A stretch of DNA of 64,000 nucleotides from Chloroflexota bacterium. Lineage in GTDB: Bacteria; Vulcanimicrobiota; JAMCWD01. How positions within the stretch are numbered: the stretch's first letter is position 1; every line of letters starts with the position of its first letter. The notes under the pieces are model-generated. The model worked only from the letters and a program-made list of their open reading frames with translations. It was not told where the DNA came from and ran no database searches. The position numbers were made by a program, and so were the translations under genes. Of this stretch, positions 45,258 through 55,093 are shown in pieces. Where the stretch lies: the NCBI GenBank assembly GCA_023475345.1, contig JAMCWD010000070.1:360-64359 (forward strand), in the 5' to 3' direction.

Positions 45258-46601
45258 TCAGTTATTATTGCCCCCGACGCTTACATTCTCGATCAAAATG
45301 CTCGGGACGACAATGCCGCCGCCCACTTCCGTCAAATCGTTCCCCACGACGCTCACGGATTTCATCATCTCTACTAGGTTTCCGGCAAGCGTAATTTCCA
45401 TAACCGGGGATGTTATCTCCCCGTTTTCAATAAGCGCCCCGGATGCCGCAAGTGAAAAATCCCCGGTAACCGGGTTGCCTGCAAAGCCCATCCCACTGGT
45501 TATATAAAGCCCCCTGCCTATTCTCCCTGTTATCTCTTTCAGGCTTTCGGCTCCCGGCTTGAGAACAAGGCTGTTCGGCAGGGTAAGAGGCGCTTCCCCA
45601 TAAGACTGGCGCCTGCCGTTCCCTGTAGGCCTGCGGCCGTATTTTTTCGCGCTGTGGAGATCATATTCGAACTCTTTCAATACACCCTTATCGACTATGA
45701 CCCTGGTCTCGACAGGCACCCCTTCATCATCGAAAGGAGAACTGCCGGTATATTTCGGATCCAGGCCGTCATCCACTATCGTTACCAGGGGGGATGCTAT
45801 TTCCTTCCCTTCCATGTTCCACAGGAACGACTGGTGCATCGCCGCCGCTTTGCCGGATATCGACTGGCTCAATGTTACGAATATATGCATTACAGCTTCC
45901 GGCCCGAACAAAACAGGATATTTTCCCGTGGGGACAGGCTTCCCTCCCAGGGAAAGCAGGGCCGTCTCGGCACAACTTATACCCATCTCCTCCGGCGAGA
46001 GATCCTCCGGGTTCCTCCCACAACGGGATACCATGGATGCATAAACCGAATCGCCTTCCTGCGCGATAAACTCGGCCAGCGCAACGTAATCGCTTTCCAT
46101 GTAGCTGACCCCCAGCCCCAGCGAGTTCGCTATGCTTACATCCTTGCTCTCGTCAAAATACGCCATGTAATCGGTCCTTTTTATCCTGGGATCGTATGCT
46201 TTCCCGATCCTCTCGACATCCGCTATAAGCCTGGCCTTGTCCTCCAGGGTCATCCTCCATATACCGGGGGAAAAGATTTCCAACTCGCTGTATTTCTTCG
46301 CAGGAGAATAGAAATTGTTGTACGGGTCGGGGTCGGCAAGCCCTGCCAGCTCTATCGCCGAATCCACCATGCCGTTCAGACTTTCTTTATCAAAGCCGGT
46401 GGTGGTCGCTATCCCCATGCCCCGGTCCTTTATGACCCGCAGCGCGATGCCCCTTGTAGAGAGCGTCCTCTGGGATTCTATCTCCTGATCCTGTACCCTA
46501 ATTTCATTCTGTGTAGCCGAAATGACATACGCCTCGGCCTGGTCCGCGCCTTTTTTGACCGCCGTATTGCACAATTCTACCGCCGCTTCGAGGTCTTTCA
46601 T
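45258..46601 (-). CDS. pmbA: PmbA/TldE-family metalloprotease component
   Basis: The ORF is 447 aa and paired with tldD. The C-terminal ITSGMGFAGNPVTGDFS pattern is present. Confidence 0.8.
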   Translation of the reverse strand: MKDLEAAVELCNTAVKKGADQAEAYVISATQNEIRVQDQEIESQRTLSTRGIALRVIKDRGMGIATTTGFDKESLNGMVDSAIELAGLADPDPYNNFYSPAKKYSELEIFSPGIWRMTLEDKARLIADVERIGKAYDPRIKRTDYMAYFDESKDVSIANSLGLGVSYMESDYVALAEFIAQEGDSVYASMVSRCGRNPEDLSPEEMGISCAETALLSLGGKPVPTGKYPVLFGPEAVMHIFVTLSQSISGKAAAMHQSFLWNMEGKEIASPLVTIVDDGLDPKYTGSSPFDDEGVPVETRVIVDKGVLKEFEYDLHSAKKYGRRPTGNGRRQSYGEAPLTLPNSLVLKPGAESLKEITGRIGRGLYITSGMGFAGNPVTGDFSLAASGALIENGEITSPVMEITLAGNLVEMMKSVSVVGNDLTEVGGGIVVPSILIENVSVGGNNN

Positions 46602-46646
46602 GATATTCTCCTTTTTCCGCCGTTTATATCGATAAACCGGACCGGC

Positions 46647-48038
46647 TTATACTTCAGTCCCGCCGACCACCATGCTCTTTACAAGGATTGTCGGCTGTGC
46701 GCCGCTTACAGGCACGTTCTGGAGCTTCCCGCAAATCCCGCCGCCGGGCCAGAACCTGAAATCGTCCCCTACCATCAGGATGTCTTTAAGGACACGTGCG
46801 CTGTTCCCTATCAGGCTGGCTCCCTTTACCGGATAAGCGATTTCCCCGTTTTCTATATAATATCCTTCGACTACCGCGAAAGTGAAATCGCCGCTCGCAG
46901 GGGACACCTGGCCGCCTCCGAACCGCTTTGCATAAAACCCTCTTTTGACCTGGGACAGGATCTCTTCGAAAGTTGACCTGCCTTTTAAAAGACAGGTATT
47001 GGTCATCCTGGGTATAGGGTAAAAAAGATAAGACTGTCTTCTGCCGTTCCCTGTAAGATCCGCGCCTGCATTACGCGCCGTGAGCCGGTCATACATCAGG
47101 TTGACAAGGACCCCGTTTTCTATAAGTACCGTCCTTTTTGCTTCCGTCCCCTCGTCATCCATCCTTATGGAGCCGCCTTCCCCGCGGGCTGTGGGATCAT
47201 CGACCAGGGTAACGAGTTCCGACGCCACTTTCTCCCCCATTTTGCCGGAAAACATGGAATTGTTTTTCTGGATATGATCGGCTTCCAGGGAATGTCCCAC
47301 CGCCTCGTGAAGGAATACCGACCCGTCGGAATTCCCCAGTATCACAGGCATCTCGCCTGCCGGTGCGGGTCTTGCCGAAAGCATCGTCAACGCCATTTCG
47401 GCGGCTTCCTTGCCGAGGCGCTCGGGGACATCGCCCGAATACATATCGAACCCCCGGTAGCCGCTCCTCGCCGAGCGGCCTGAATGGCGGATTCCCCCAT
47501 CTTCTCCCAATACTTCCACTATCAGGCGGGCATAAACCTCTGTGTCGCTTGCGAAAACCCCGTCGGAATTCGCCACCGTGAACTTCCTTGTAAAATCTCC
47601 ATACCTCACCCATGCCTGGGCTATCTTATCATGACTTAAAGCCGATTCTTCGGCTCTCCTCATCCGCTCTACTTTATCCTTGCCCGGTACATTGAAATCC
47701 GATTCCAGCTCCGGATATTTCACCGGCCTGAATTCCGCCGAAACGACTCCGCCGCCTTTCTTTGCTATGTTCCCGGCCTGCTGCGCGGCCGATATCAGAA
47801 GCTCGATCTCAAGATCCTCACAGGTTGCATAACCGGTACAACCGTCCACTACAACCCTGATGCCGGCCCCCGTCGAATTTCCCGATTTAAGAGTTTTCAG
47901 CACCTTGTCTTCTATGGCGAAATCTTCGCCCCAGCGCTTTTCAACAAAGACCTCGGCGAAATCTCCCCCTCCGGAAAGTGCTGCTTCCAGTATCTTTTTT
48001 GCTTCATCGACAGAAATCATGTAATCACCTGCATTCAA
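46647..48038 (-). CDS. tldD: TldD-family metalloprotease
   Basis: It has the HEAVGHSLE (HExxxH) motif and the C-terminal GGGQVSPASGDFTF pattern. The ORF is 463 aa. Confidence 0.85.
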   Translation of the reverse strand: MNAGDYMISVDEAKKILEAALSGGGDFAEVFVEKRWGEDFAIEDKVLKTLKSGNSTGAGIRVVVDGCTGYATCEDLEIELLISAAQQAGNIAKKGGGVVSAEFRPVKYPELESDFNVPGKDKVERMRRAEESALSHDKIAQAWVRYGDFTRKFTVANSDGVFASDTEVYARLIVEVLGEDGGIRHSGRSARSGYRGFDMYSGDVPERLGKEAAEMALTMLSARPAPAGEMPVILGNSDGSVFLHEAVGHSLEADHIQKNNSMFSGKMGEKVASELVTLVDDPTARGEGGSIRMDDEGTEAKRTVLIENGVLVNLMYDRLTARNAGADLTGNGRRQSYLFYPIPRMTNTCLLKGRSTFEEILSQVKRGFYAKRFGGGQVSPASGDFTFAVVEGYYIENGEIAYPVKGASLIGNSARVLKDILMVGDDFRFWPGGGICGKLQNVPVSGAQPTILVKSMVVGGTEV

Positions 48039-48099
48039 AAATTGAATAACCGTATTCTATTATATTCCGCTTACTCCTTCATGCCTAAAATTCCCCGCC

Positions 48100-48379
48100 G
48101 ATTCCCGGTTTCCACAGGTTGGGGATTAATTTGTGGATAAATTTTTGCCGAATCCCATGAAACAGATATTTTTAAAAAAAGTTGGAAAATTTTTTCTCCC
48201 TTGAAGTAAAATGGTTTTTAAAAGTTGTCCACAGCTTTTGATTCCTATCTGTGGATATTGTGCATAACTTTCCGAAAGGAAATCAACGACAGAATGCGAA
48301 TTGCCTTAATCGTAAATTCATAACAGATGCGGTTTCCGCGTTTTGAGGGTTAAATCACGAATACGTATGGGGGAATAGT
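48100..48379. promoter_or_regulatory. oriC-like/dnaA promoter region with a DnaA box cluster
   Basis: One perfect box TGTGGATAA is at 48132-48140. One-mismatch boxes are TTGTCCACA (48225-48233) and TGTGGATAT (48250-48258). A more degenerate site, TTTCCACA, lies at 48109-48116. Confidence 0.6.
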
Positions 48380-49717
48380 GTGAAAAGCAAGGAAGACAGT
48401 TGGGAACGGTTTCTCCAGGTAATGGAGGACGCTCTTGGAAAGCCCACTTTTGAAACATGCCTTAAATTTTCAATCCTTAAGAAGATTAACAACGGCAAGG
48501 CCGTGATACAGGTGTCCAGCGCTTTCGCCAAAGAAAGGCTCGAAACCAAGTATGTAGGGATAATGAAAGACACTCTTCAGAAAATCTATGACTCTCCCGG
48601 CCTTGATCTTGCACTCGAAGTTGACGAAAACCTTTTGCCTACAAGACCCGACCTCCCCGAGCAGATGGAATTTTATAAACAGGAGCAGGACGATATCCCT
48701 GAAAACAGCTTAGATCCGAGATATACCCTGGAAAGCTTCGTCGTCGGCAACAGCAACCAGTTCGCCACCGGAGCGGCTCTGGCCGTATCGAGGTCCCCGG
48801 GTAAGGTATATAACCCGCTTTTGATATTCGGAGGAGTCGGCCTCGGCAAGACTCATCTCATGCAGGCCATCGGCAACAACGTCCTGGCAAGAAAAAAGAA
48901 AGCCAGGGTTGTTTACCTGTCCACTGAGCGTTTCATAAACGAAATGATCGATGCGATGGCCAAAAAGAAAATAGAAAAATTCAGGAAGAAATACAGGACG
49001 GTCGATGTCCTGCTGGTGGATGACATCCAGTTCCTGGTGAACAAGGAGTTCACACAGGAGGAATTCTTCCACACATTTAACGAGTTATACGGGGCCAACA
49101 AGCAGATAGTCATGACCTGCGACAGGCTACCACGCGAGCTTTTTATAGATAAGAGGCTTTCGTCAAGGTTCGAATGGGGGCTCACTGCAGATATACAGGA
49201 ACCCGATCTCGAAACGCGCGAAGCCATCCTTCGAAAAAAAGCCGAGCAGAAGGGCATATCCCTGCCTAATTCGGTTATCCACTATATAGCCGAAAGGGTT
49301 CCCTCAAACGTCCGCGAACTGGAAGGAGCTCTGCTGAGAGTGCTTGCATTCGGCACTTTCAGGCGCCAGCCCGTCAATACTGAGCTTGCCCAGGAAGCTC
49401 TCAAAGGTATTATCCCGGAAGGAAGGGAGCAGATACCGACTGTAGAAAAGATCATAGAAAAAGTCGCCTCTTACTTCGATATAAAAACTGAAGAGATAAT
49501 GAGCGACAGGCGGGACAGGAGGTTCGCATACCCACGTCAGATAGCAATGTTCCTTTCGCGGGAGATAACCAACCTCTCTTATCCCGACCTTGCAAAAAAG
49601 TTCAGGAGAGACCATACGACGGTGCTTCACGCATATGAAAAGATATCCACAAATCTCCATGATATTTCTGTGCGAAACAGTGTGGATAATATTAGATCCG
49701 CGCTGAAAGTGTCTTAA
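48380..49717 (+). CDS. dnaA: chromosomal replication initiator protein DnaA
   Basis: It has Walker A GGVGLGKTHL, Walker B LLVDDIQF, sensor motifs, and the domain IV HTTV pattern (RDHTTVLHAYEKI). The start codon is GTG. Confidence 0.95.
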   Translation: MKSKEDSWERFLQVMEDALGKPTFETCLKFSILKKINNGKAVIQVSSAFAKERLETKYVGIMKDTLQKIYDSPGLDLALEVDENLLPTRPDLPEQMEFYKQEQDDIPENSLDPRYTLESFVVGNSNQFATGAALAVSRSPGKVYNPLLIFGGVGLGKTHLMQAIGNNVLARKKKARVVYLSTERFINEMIDAMAKKKIEKFRKKYRTVDVLLVDDIQFLVNKEFTQEEFFHTFNELYGANKQIVMTCDRLPRELFIDKRLSSRFEWGLTADIQEPDLETREAILRKKAEQKGISLPNSVIHYIAERVPSNVRELEGALLRVLAFGTFRRQPVNTELAQEALKGIIPEGREQIPTVEKIIEKVASYFDIKTEEIMSDRRDRRFAYPRQIAMFLSREITNLSYPDLAKKFRRDHTTVLHAYEKISTNLHDISVRNSVDNIRSALKVS

Positions 49718-49894
49718 GCTGTGGGCAATGTTAATAAAAATAGGAATAACCCAGAGGCCGAGGAGGATGAAAACTTAACAAATAATTCAACAATTACAAA
49801 ATATAACAGACTTATGAACAATATCCCCAGGATATAATATATAAGAATAATAAATATAATAAGTCTGTATTAATATAAAGAACAAAAGGCACCT
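49681..49894. promoter_or_regulatory. perfect DnaA box at the dnaA 3' end followed by a strongly AT-rich dnaA-dnaN spacer (candidate unwinding element)
   Basis: TGTGGATAA is at 49681-49689. The stretch 49720-49890 is dominated by A/T (AATAATTCAACAATTACAAAATATAACAG..., TATAATATATAAGAATAATAAATATAATAAG). Confidence 0.45.
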
Positions 49895-49930
49895 GTGCTT
49901 AACTCTCTAAATAAAAAGGAGGCTTCTAAA

Positions 49931-51073
49931 ATGAGGATCATATGCGACAGAAAAAAACTGGAGGTTGCTACACACAACTGCATGAAAGCGGTGAGTATAA
50001 GGAGTCCTTTGCCTATTCTCAGTCATTTACTGTTTGACGTGGAGGACGGCAGAATAAAAATAAGCGCTACCGACCTGGAGTTGGGTATAGAGAGCTATGT
50101 TGAGACACAAGGCTCTGTAGAGGCGAAAAAAGATGAAAAAAGAAGCTTCACAGCTCCCGCTAAAACTTTTTCGGATATAATAGGCCAGCTTCCCGACGGT
50201 GAGGTAATACTGGAAGTTTCTGAAGGACAAATGAAGATAACTTCCCACAGGTCGGAATTTTCACTTGTTACTTTACCTTCCGCCGAATTTCCAATATTCC
50301 CAAGACCTGAAGGGGCATCGTCCCTGACTATAGACGCAGGAACTTTTAAAGAGATGGTAAGGCTCGTGCTTTTTTCGTGTGCATCCGCCGAGGAAAGCCG
50401 CGCCGTTCTTACAGGCGTCCTTATTTCAGTTAACGAAAACAAGCTGACAATGGTGGCTACCGATGGCCGGAGGCTTGCGCAGATTGAGCGGATCATAGAC
50501 CAGCTCTTCCCCGGTAAAGAGTCGAGAGTTGTTCCCCAGCACAGCCTTACCGAAATATCGAAACTGCTCAGAGACGACGACAAGGAAATAGAAATATCGT
50601 TCGGCGAAGGCCAGATATTCTTTTCGATCCCCAGGGTGTTCCTTTTCTCAAGAGTGCTCGAAGGCGAGTATCCAGATTACAGGACGCTTATAAGGAAAGA
50701 CTACAACACAAGGGCTATAATTGATCGTCTCATGCTGCTTGGCGCTGTGCGCCGTGTGATGATTACGGCCCAGGAGAGGATAAACCCGGGTCTTATAAAG
50801 CTGTCGTTCAAGGGAGACGGCCTTGAAATATCGTCAAATACAGCGGACCTCGGAAGGGCAAGGGAAACAATTCAAGTCGCCATCGAAGGAGAAGAATTGA
50901 ACATAGCTTTTAACGGCAAATACATGATGGAAGTTTTAAGCAACCTTGAGATAGAACAGATAAACCTGGACATGAAGGATCCTCATTCTTCCGGCGTCAT
51001 ATCGCCTGTAGGCGACGATTCGTATGTTTATATACTGATGCCCATAAGGATAAAAGACGAAGTTTACGCCTGA
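49931..51073 (+). CDS. dnaN: DNA polymerase III beta sliding clamp
   Basis: The start is chosen at MRIICDRKKLE, after an RBS AGGAGG. The three-domain clamp pattern is present, including LTMVATDGRRLA. Confidence 0.9.
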   Translation: MRIICDRKKLEVATHNCMKAVSIRSPLPILSHLLFDVEDGRIKISATDLELGIESYVETQGSVEAKKDEKRSFTAPAKTFSDIIGQLPDGEVILEVSEGQMKITSHRSEFSLVTLPSAEFPIFPRPEGASSLTIDAGTFKEMVRLVLFSCASAEESRAVLTGVLISVNENKLTMVATDGRRLAQIERIIDQLFPGKESRVVPQHSLTEISKLLRDDDKEIEISFGEGQIFFSIPRVFLFSRVLEGEYPDYRTLIRKDYNTRAIIDRLMLLGAVRRVMITAQERINPGLIKLSFKGDGLEISSNTADLGRARETIQVAIEGEELNIAFNGKYMMEVLSNLEIEQINLDMKDPHSSGVISPVGDDSYVYILMPIRIKDEVYA

Positions 51074-51147
51074 TCGCGGCACAGTAAATATCGGCAGATT
51101 ATGCGGTTTAAATAAATATCCGCACAAATAAATATTCGGAGACTTCT

Positions 51148-52482
51148 ATGAAAAAAAGATTCATGCTGGCGGTGTTAATCCTGCTATTCGCCCTCGTTTG
51201 CCCGGCTCTGTCTGTATGCCAGGCGGCAGGCGGCGCTACCGCATCACCGGATCATATCACGCTCACCTGGACCGATAATCCCGCGACGACAATGACCGTC
51301 ACATGGAGAACCGATGCCACAATAACAAAAGGCTTCGTGGAATATCAGAAAATGGCCGTACCGTCCGATGCTGCGAAACGTGTAAAAGCGGCGTCATTCG
51401 GCTTCACGACGGACATTCAGGCGACACGTCTGTTTACGGCCAAACTCACCGGCCTATCGCCGAACACCAAATATTCGTACCGCGTGGGAGACGGCAGCCG
51501 CTGGAGCGGCAAGCATGCGTTCATGACCGCCGACCCGAAAACTAAATCTTTCAAATTCCTTGTATTCGGCGACAGCCAGAGCCCTGCCGACGACTATTCG
51601 TTATGGGGCAAAATCGTTCATAACGCGTATAACGTTAATCCCGATGCGAAGTTTATGGTCAACGTGGGTGATCTCGTGGATGTCGGGCAGGACGGCGCAC
51701 ACTGGAACAGTTGGTTCGCGGCCGCCGAAGGTGTGATTGATAATATCCCTGAAATGCCTGTTGTTGGGAACCATGAGACATCCGGCTCACCGGATACAAG
51801 AAGGCCCGCTTACTGGAACGCACAATTCAGACTGCCGCAGAATGGGCCTGTGGGACTGAAGAACCAGGTGTACTCATACGATTACGGCCCTGTCCATTTA
51901 GTCGTGCTCGACAGCCAGCAGAGCGAGCAAAAGCAATATGGCGATATTCTTACGCCGCAGGTAAAATGGCTTGACGCCGACCTTGCTGCATCTAAGGCGA
52001 AGTGGAAGATTGTTTTCTATCACAAGGGATCTTATTCAGTCAAAGACGGCCGGAAAAACAAGAAGGTCAAAAACGCTTTCAGTCCGGTTATCGAGAAGCA
52101 CCATATCGATCTGGTGTTCAATGCTCATGACCACGGAGTCGGCCGCACCTACCCGATCAAGGGGGACGCTTATATGCCTGAACCTTCGAAGGGAACTATA
52201 TACTACGTGGCCGGGCGCAGCGGCACCAAGGCCTACGATGATGTACACAAGAGAGAATGGAACACGTTCTTTTATAACCCGCAGGATCAGCCGAATTACT
52301 TCGTTATAGATGTAACAGACACGACGCTTACTGTTAAGACGGTGAATATGGACGGCACGCTTGTCGATACGTTCGTCATTAAAAAGAATAATAACACAGG
52401 CCGGTTGAACAGGTTCGCCCGTCCGCTGGCGTTGTGGTTGAAGTCGGATCGCAGGCTGGTAGCCGCAGGCGCAGGCCGGTAA
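51148..52482 (+). CDS. secreted purple-acid-phosphatase-like metallophosphoesterase
   Basis: It has a signal peptide, an FN3-like PAP N-domain (ITLTWTDNPATTMTVTWRT), and the metallophosphoesterase motifs GDSQ, GDLVD, GNHE and HDH. Confidence 0.8.
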   Translation: MKKRFMLAVLILLFALVCPALSVCQAAGGATASPDHITLTWTDNPATTMTVTWRTDATITKGFVEYQKMAVPSDAAKRVKAASFGFTTDIQATRLFTAKLTGLSPNTKYSYRVGDGSRWSGKHAFMTADPKTKSFKFLVFGDSQSPADDYSLWGKIVHNAYNVNPDAKFMVNVGDLVDVGQDGAHWNSWFAAAEGVIDNIPEMPVVGNHETSGSPDTRRPAYWNAQFRLPQNGPVGLKNQVYSYDYGPVHLVVLDSQQSEQKQYGDILTPQVKWLDADLAASKAKWKIVFYHKGSYSVKDGRKNKKVKNAFSPVIEKHHIDLVFNAHDHGVGRTYPIKGDAYMPEPSKGTIYYVAGRSGTKAYDDVHKREWNTFFYNPQDQPNYFVIDVTDTTLTVKTVNMDGTLVDTFVIKKNNNTGRLNRFARPLALWLKSDRRLVAAGAGR

Positions 52483-52556
52483 AATAACCGGGCTTATTTA
52501 ATAAGCCCTTCCCCGAACTCCGGAAGAATCACTACAAAAGATTTTTAAGCAAAAAA

Positions 52557-52582
52557 ATACCCTGCAGTAAGCTGCAGGGTAT
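52557..52582. terminator. bidirectional intrinsic terminator between convergent genes
   Basis: ATACCCTGCAG-TAAG-CTGCAGGGTAT forms an 11-bp stem with a tetraloop, an A7 run upstream and a T-rich stretch downstream. Confidence 0.75.
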
Positions 52583-52609
52583 TTGATTTATAGGACTTCT
52601 CCGGTTCTT

Positions 52610-53572
52610 TTATTTCACGGGAACCGGGCTTTTGGTGATAAGCGTACCGTTTTTGCCATTGAGCGCTTCTTCGATGGTTTCCGGCATCGTGATTATCGCC
52701 CGTTCTCCGCCTCTTTCCAGGAAGTTGATGACGGCCTGGATTTTCGGGCCCATGCTCCCTTTTGCAAACTGGCCTTCGGCGAGGTATTTCTTCGCGTCGT
52801 CCAGGCTCAGGTAATCGAGATCCACCTGGCCGGGCTTGTTGTAGTTGAGGCTTACCTTGGAAACGGCGGTCGATATAACGAAAAGGTCCGCCTTGATGTC
52901 GCTTGCCAGGAGGCTTGAAGCGTAATCCTTGTCTATAACGGCTTCGACGCCTTTGAGCATCCCGTCGTTTTCTCTTATCACGGGTATCCCGCCGCCGCCG
53001 ACGGCCACCACTATGGTCTGATTGCCGACGAGAGTCTTTATGCTGTCAAGCTCCACTATTTCCTTCGGTATCGGGCTTGCAACCACGCGGCGGTAGCCCC
53101 TGCCTGCGTCCTCTACGATGTGCCAGCCGTCTTCCTTTGCGCGCCGGTCTGCCTCTTCCTTCGAATCCATGAAAGATCCGATAGGCTTGGAGGGGTTCTG
53201 AAAGGCCGGGTCGTTCTTATCGACGATTACCTGCGTAACTACCGTCGTTACGGGCCGCGTTACACCGCGCTTTTTGAAAATATTGTCCAGCGACTGCTGG
53301 ATCATGTAGCCTATTGCTCCCTGGGTGTCCGCCCCGCAATAATCCAGCGGCACGGTGTGGAGTTCGTGGCAGCTCAATTCAGAGCGGCGGAGTATGAAGC
53401 CGACCTGGGGGCCGTTGCCGTGCGTGACTATGACGGTGTACCCCATTTCGACCATCGTCGCGATGTGCTGGCAGGTTTCGAAAGCCGCGTTGAACTGGTC
53501 GGGTATAGTCTTTTGATCCTTGCTTTTTATTAATGAATTTCCACCTATTGCAACTACTGCTACTTTTTGCAT
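52610..53572 (-). CDS. arcC: carbamate kinase
   Basis: VVAIGGNSL, VTHGNGPQVG and the C-terminal GSMGPKIQA motifs are present. The ORF is 320 aa. Confidence 0.9.
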   Translation of the reverse strand: MQKVAVVAIGGNSLIKSKDQKTIPDQFNAAFETCQHIATMVEMGYTVIVTHGNGPQVGFILRRSELSCHELHTVPLDYCGADTQGAIGYMIQQSLDNIFKKRGVTRPVTTVVTQVIVDKNDPAFQNPSKPIGSFMDSKEEADRRAKEDGWHIVEDAGRGYRRVVASPIPKEIVELDSIKTLVGNQTIVVAVGGGGIPVIRENDGMLKGVEAVIDKDYASSLLASDIKADLFVISTAVSKVSLNYNKPGQVDLDYLSLDDAKKYLAEGQFAKGSMGPKIQAVINFLERGGERAIITMPETIEEALNGKNGTLITKSPVPVK

Positions 53573-53603
53573 CTGTCTCGTCCTCCTTAAATGATTGCTT
53601 TGA

Positions 53604-54644
53604 TTATATGTCGCCCATCGTCAGGGCCATGACCGATTTCTGAGCGTGGAGCCTGTTTTCCGCAACATCGACTATTATCGAGCGGGGTCCCGAACAGACT
53701 TCGTCGCTTACTTCATGCCCGCGGTCAACAGGCATGGGGTGTATAAACAGGCCCTTCCCGTTTCTCGTGAGCTTCATCTTGTCTTCATCGCATATCCACT
53801 GGGGATACTTGAGCGATTTTTCGATCTCTTCCTGCTTGTGGAGTTCGCCGCCGTAATAGGCCTGCGGAGACATCCAGTTGCGGGAATAAACGATATCGAC
53901 GTTTTTATAGCATTCGACGGGATCGTTCGTTTCGGTGAACGTCGCCCCGGTCTGCTTGCAAAATTCTCTGGACTTTTCCACCACTTCGGGATCGAGGTCG
54001 TATCCTTCGGGATGCGCAAGAACGATGTTCATGCCATAGCGGGGATAAAGCAGGAGGGCTTCCTGTACCGAGCACCAACTGCGGGCAAGCGCCCCGTGTC
54101 CCCAGTAAACCAGGCAGGTCTTGCCTTTCACATCTCCCATGTGTTCCTGCATTCCCATCATGTCGGCAAGTCCCTGGCAGGGGTGATACTTGTCGTGGGC
54201 CATCGAGATTATCGGGACGTCGGAATATTGGGCGTATTCTCTAAGGAGATCATCCCCTTCTCCATAGCTTGCTATCTTGTCTTCCAGGATCCTCAAGCCG
54301 ATGCCGACGCCGTACCTGCTCATTACGCGGGCTGCGTCCTCGACGGTTTCGCCTGCGGAAGTCGCAGTCTTGAGGCGCATGGCTTTGGGCTCCAGGAACA
54401 TCGCGCTTCCCGAAAGCTCGTTTGACGCGCATTCGAACGACTGGCGCGTGCGGACCGAAGGGTTATAAAAGAACATCAAAAAAGTCTTGAGCTTCAGGCA
54501 TTCGGAATAAGGATGAGTGAAACGCTGTGCTTTCATCTCATGCGCCAGCTCGAGGGCGACATCGAGTTCCTCCTTGGTCCAGTCGGCCGTGGTTATGAGG
54601 TCTTTCCCCTTGAGTAGTTTTCTTTTCTGTTCGGTTGCCAACAT
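53604..54644 (-). CDS. ygeW: YgeW-like (knotted) carbamoyltransferase
   Basis: It has SVRTRQSFE (the STRTR-type carbamoyl-phosphate motif). VLAHPEGYDLDPEVVEK...VDIVYSRNW parallels E. coli YgeW as I recall it. The start is set at MLATEQ, after an RBS AAGGAGG. Confidence 0.65.
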   Translation of the reverse strand: MLATEQKRKLLKGKDLITTADWTKEELDVALELAHEMKAQRFTHPYSECLKLKTFLMFFYNPSVRTRQSFECASNELSGSAMFLEPKAMRLKTATSAGETVEDAARVMSRYGVGIGLRILEDKIASYGEGDDLLREYAQYSDVPIISMAHDKYHPCQGLADMMGMQEHMGDVKGKTCLVYWGHGALARSWCSVQEALLLYPRYGMNIVLAHPEGYDLDPEVVEKSREFCKQTGATFTETNDPVECYKNVDIVYSRNWMSPQAYYGGELHKQEEIEKSLKYPQWICDEDKMKLTRNGKGLFIHPMPVDRGHEVSDEVCSGPRSIIVDVAENRLHAQKSVMALTMGDI

Positions 54645-54891
54645 GTTTAATAACCTCCTTAGAAAATTTACGTCACCAAAAAAAAACCGCACTAGCTTTT
54701 TTAAAACTGTGCAATATTGCGGTGGCGTTATTGCGGAGTCGCTGCAAAATAAATCATATTACCTTAAAATTAAAAAGTCAAGAGGAGATCTTTAAAAATT
54801 TTTAACCTGGAAAACCTGAAAAAACCCGTTAAAAAAAACGATTCGCGAACAGGCCTGCGCGCCTGGCTGAACCGTCTCAAAAAACAAAAGC

Positions 54892-54944
54892 GGAGTGGCA
54901 GCTCCAGAAGGTTTCTTTAAATTGCCCCAGGCAGCTACCACTCC
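54892..54944 (-). terminator. intrinsic terminator downstream of ygeY
   Basis: GGAGTGGCAGCT (54892-54903) pairs with AGCTACCACTCC (54933-54944), with one mismatch. On the minus strand it is followed by CTTTTGTTTTTT. Confidence 0.5.
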
Positions 54945-55093
54945 AATCTTTTTTCCGGATGCGCTCCGGCGCCTTTATTCTTAACGAAATTCATCATTAA
55001 GTATTCAGACATTAATTCTTTTCTCTTCTGAAACTGCAACTCCTGCAAGGTTTTGTGTTATCCTGAAAAATTTTGAAAAATATTTTTTCGGTT

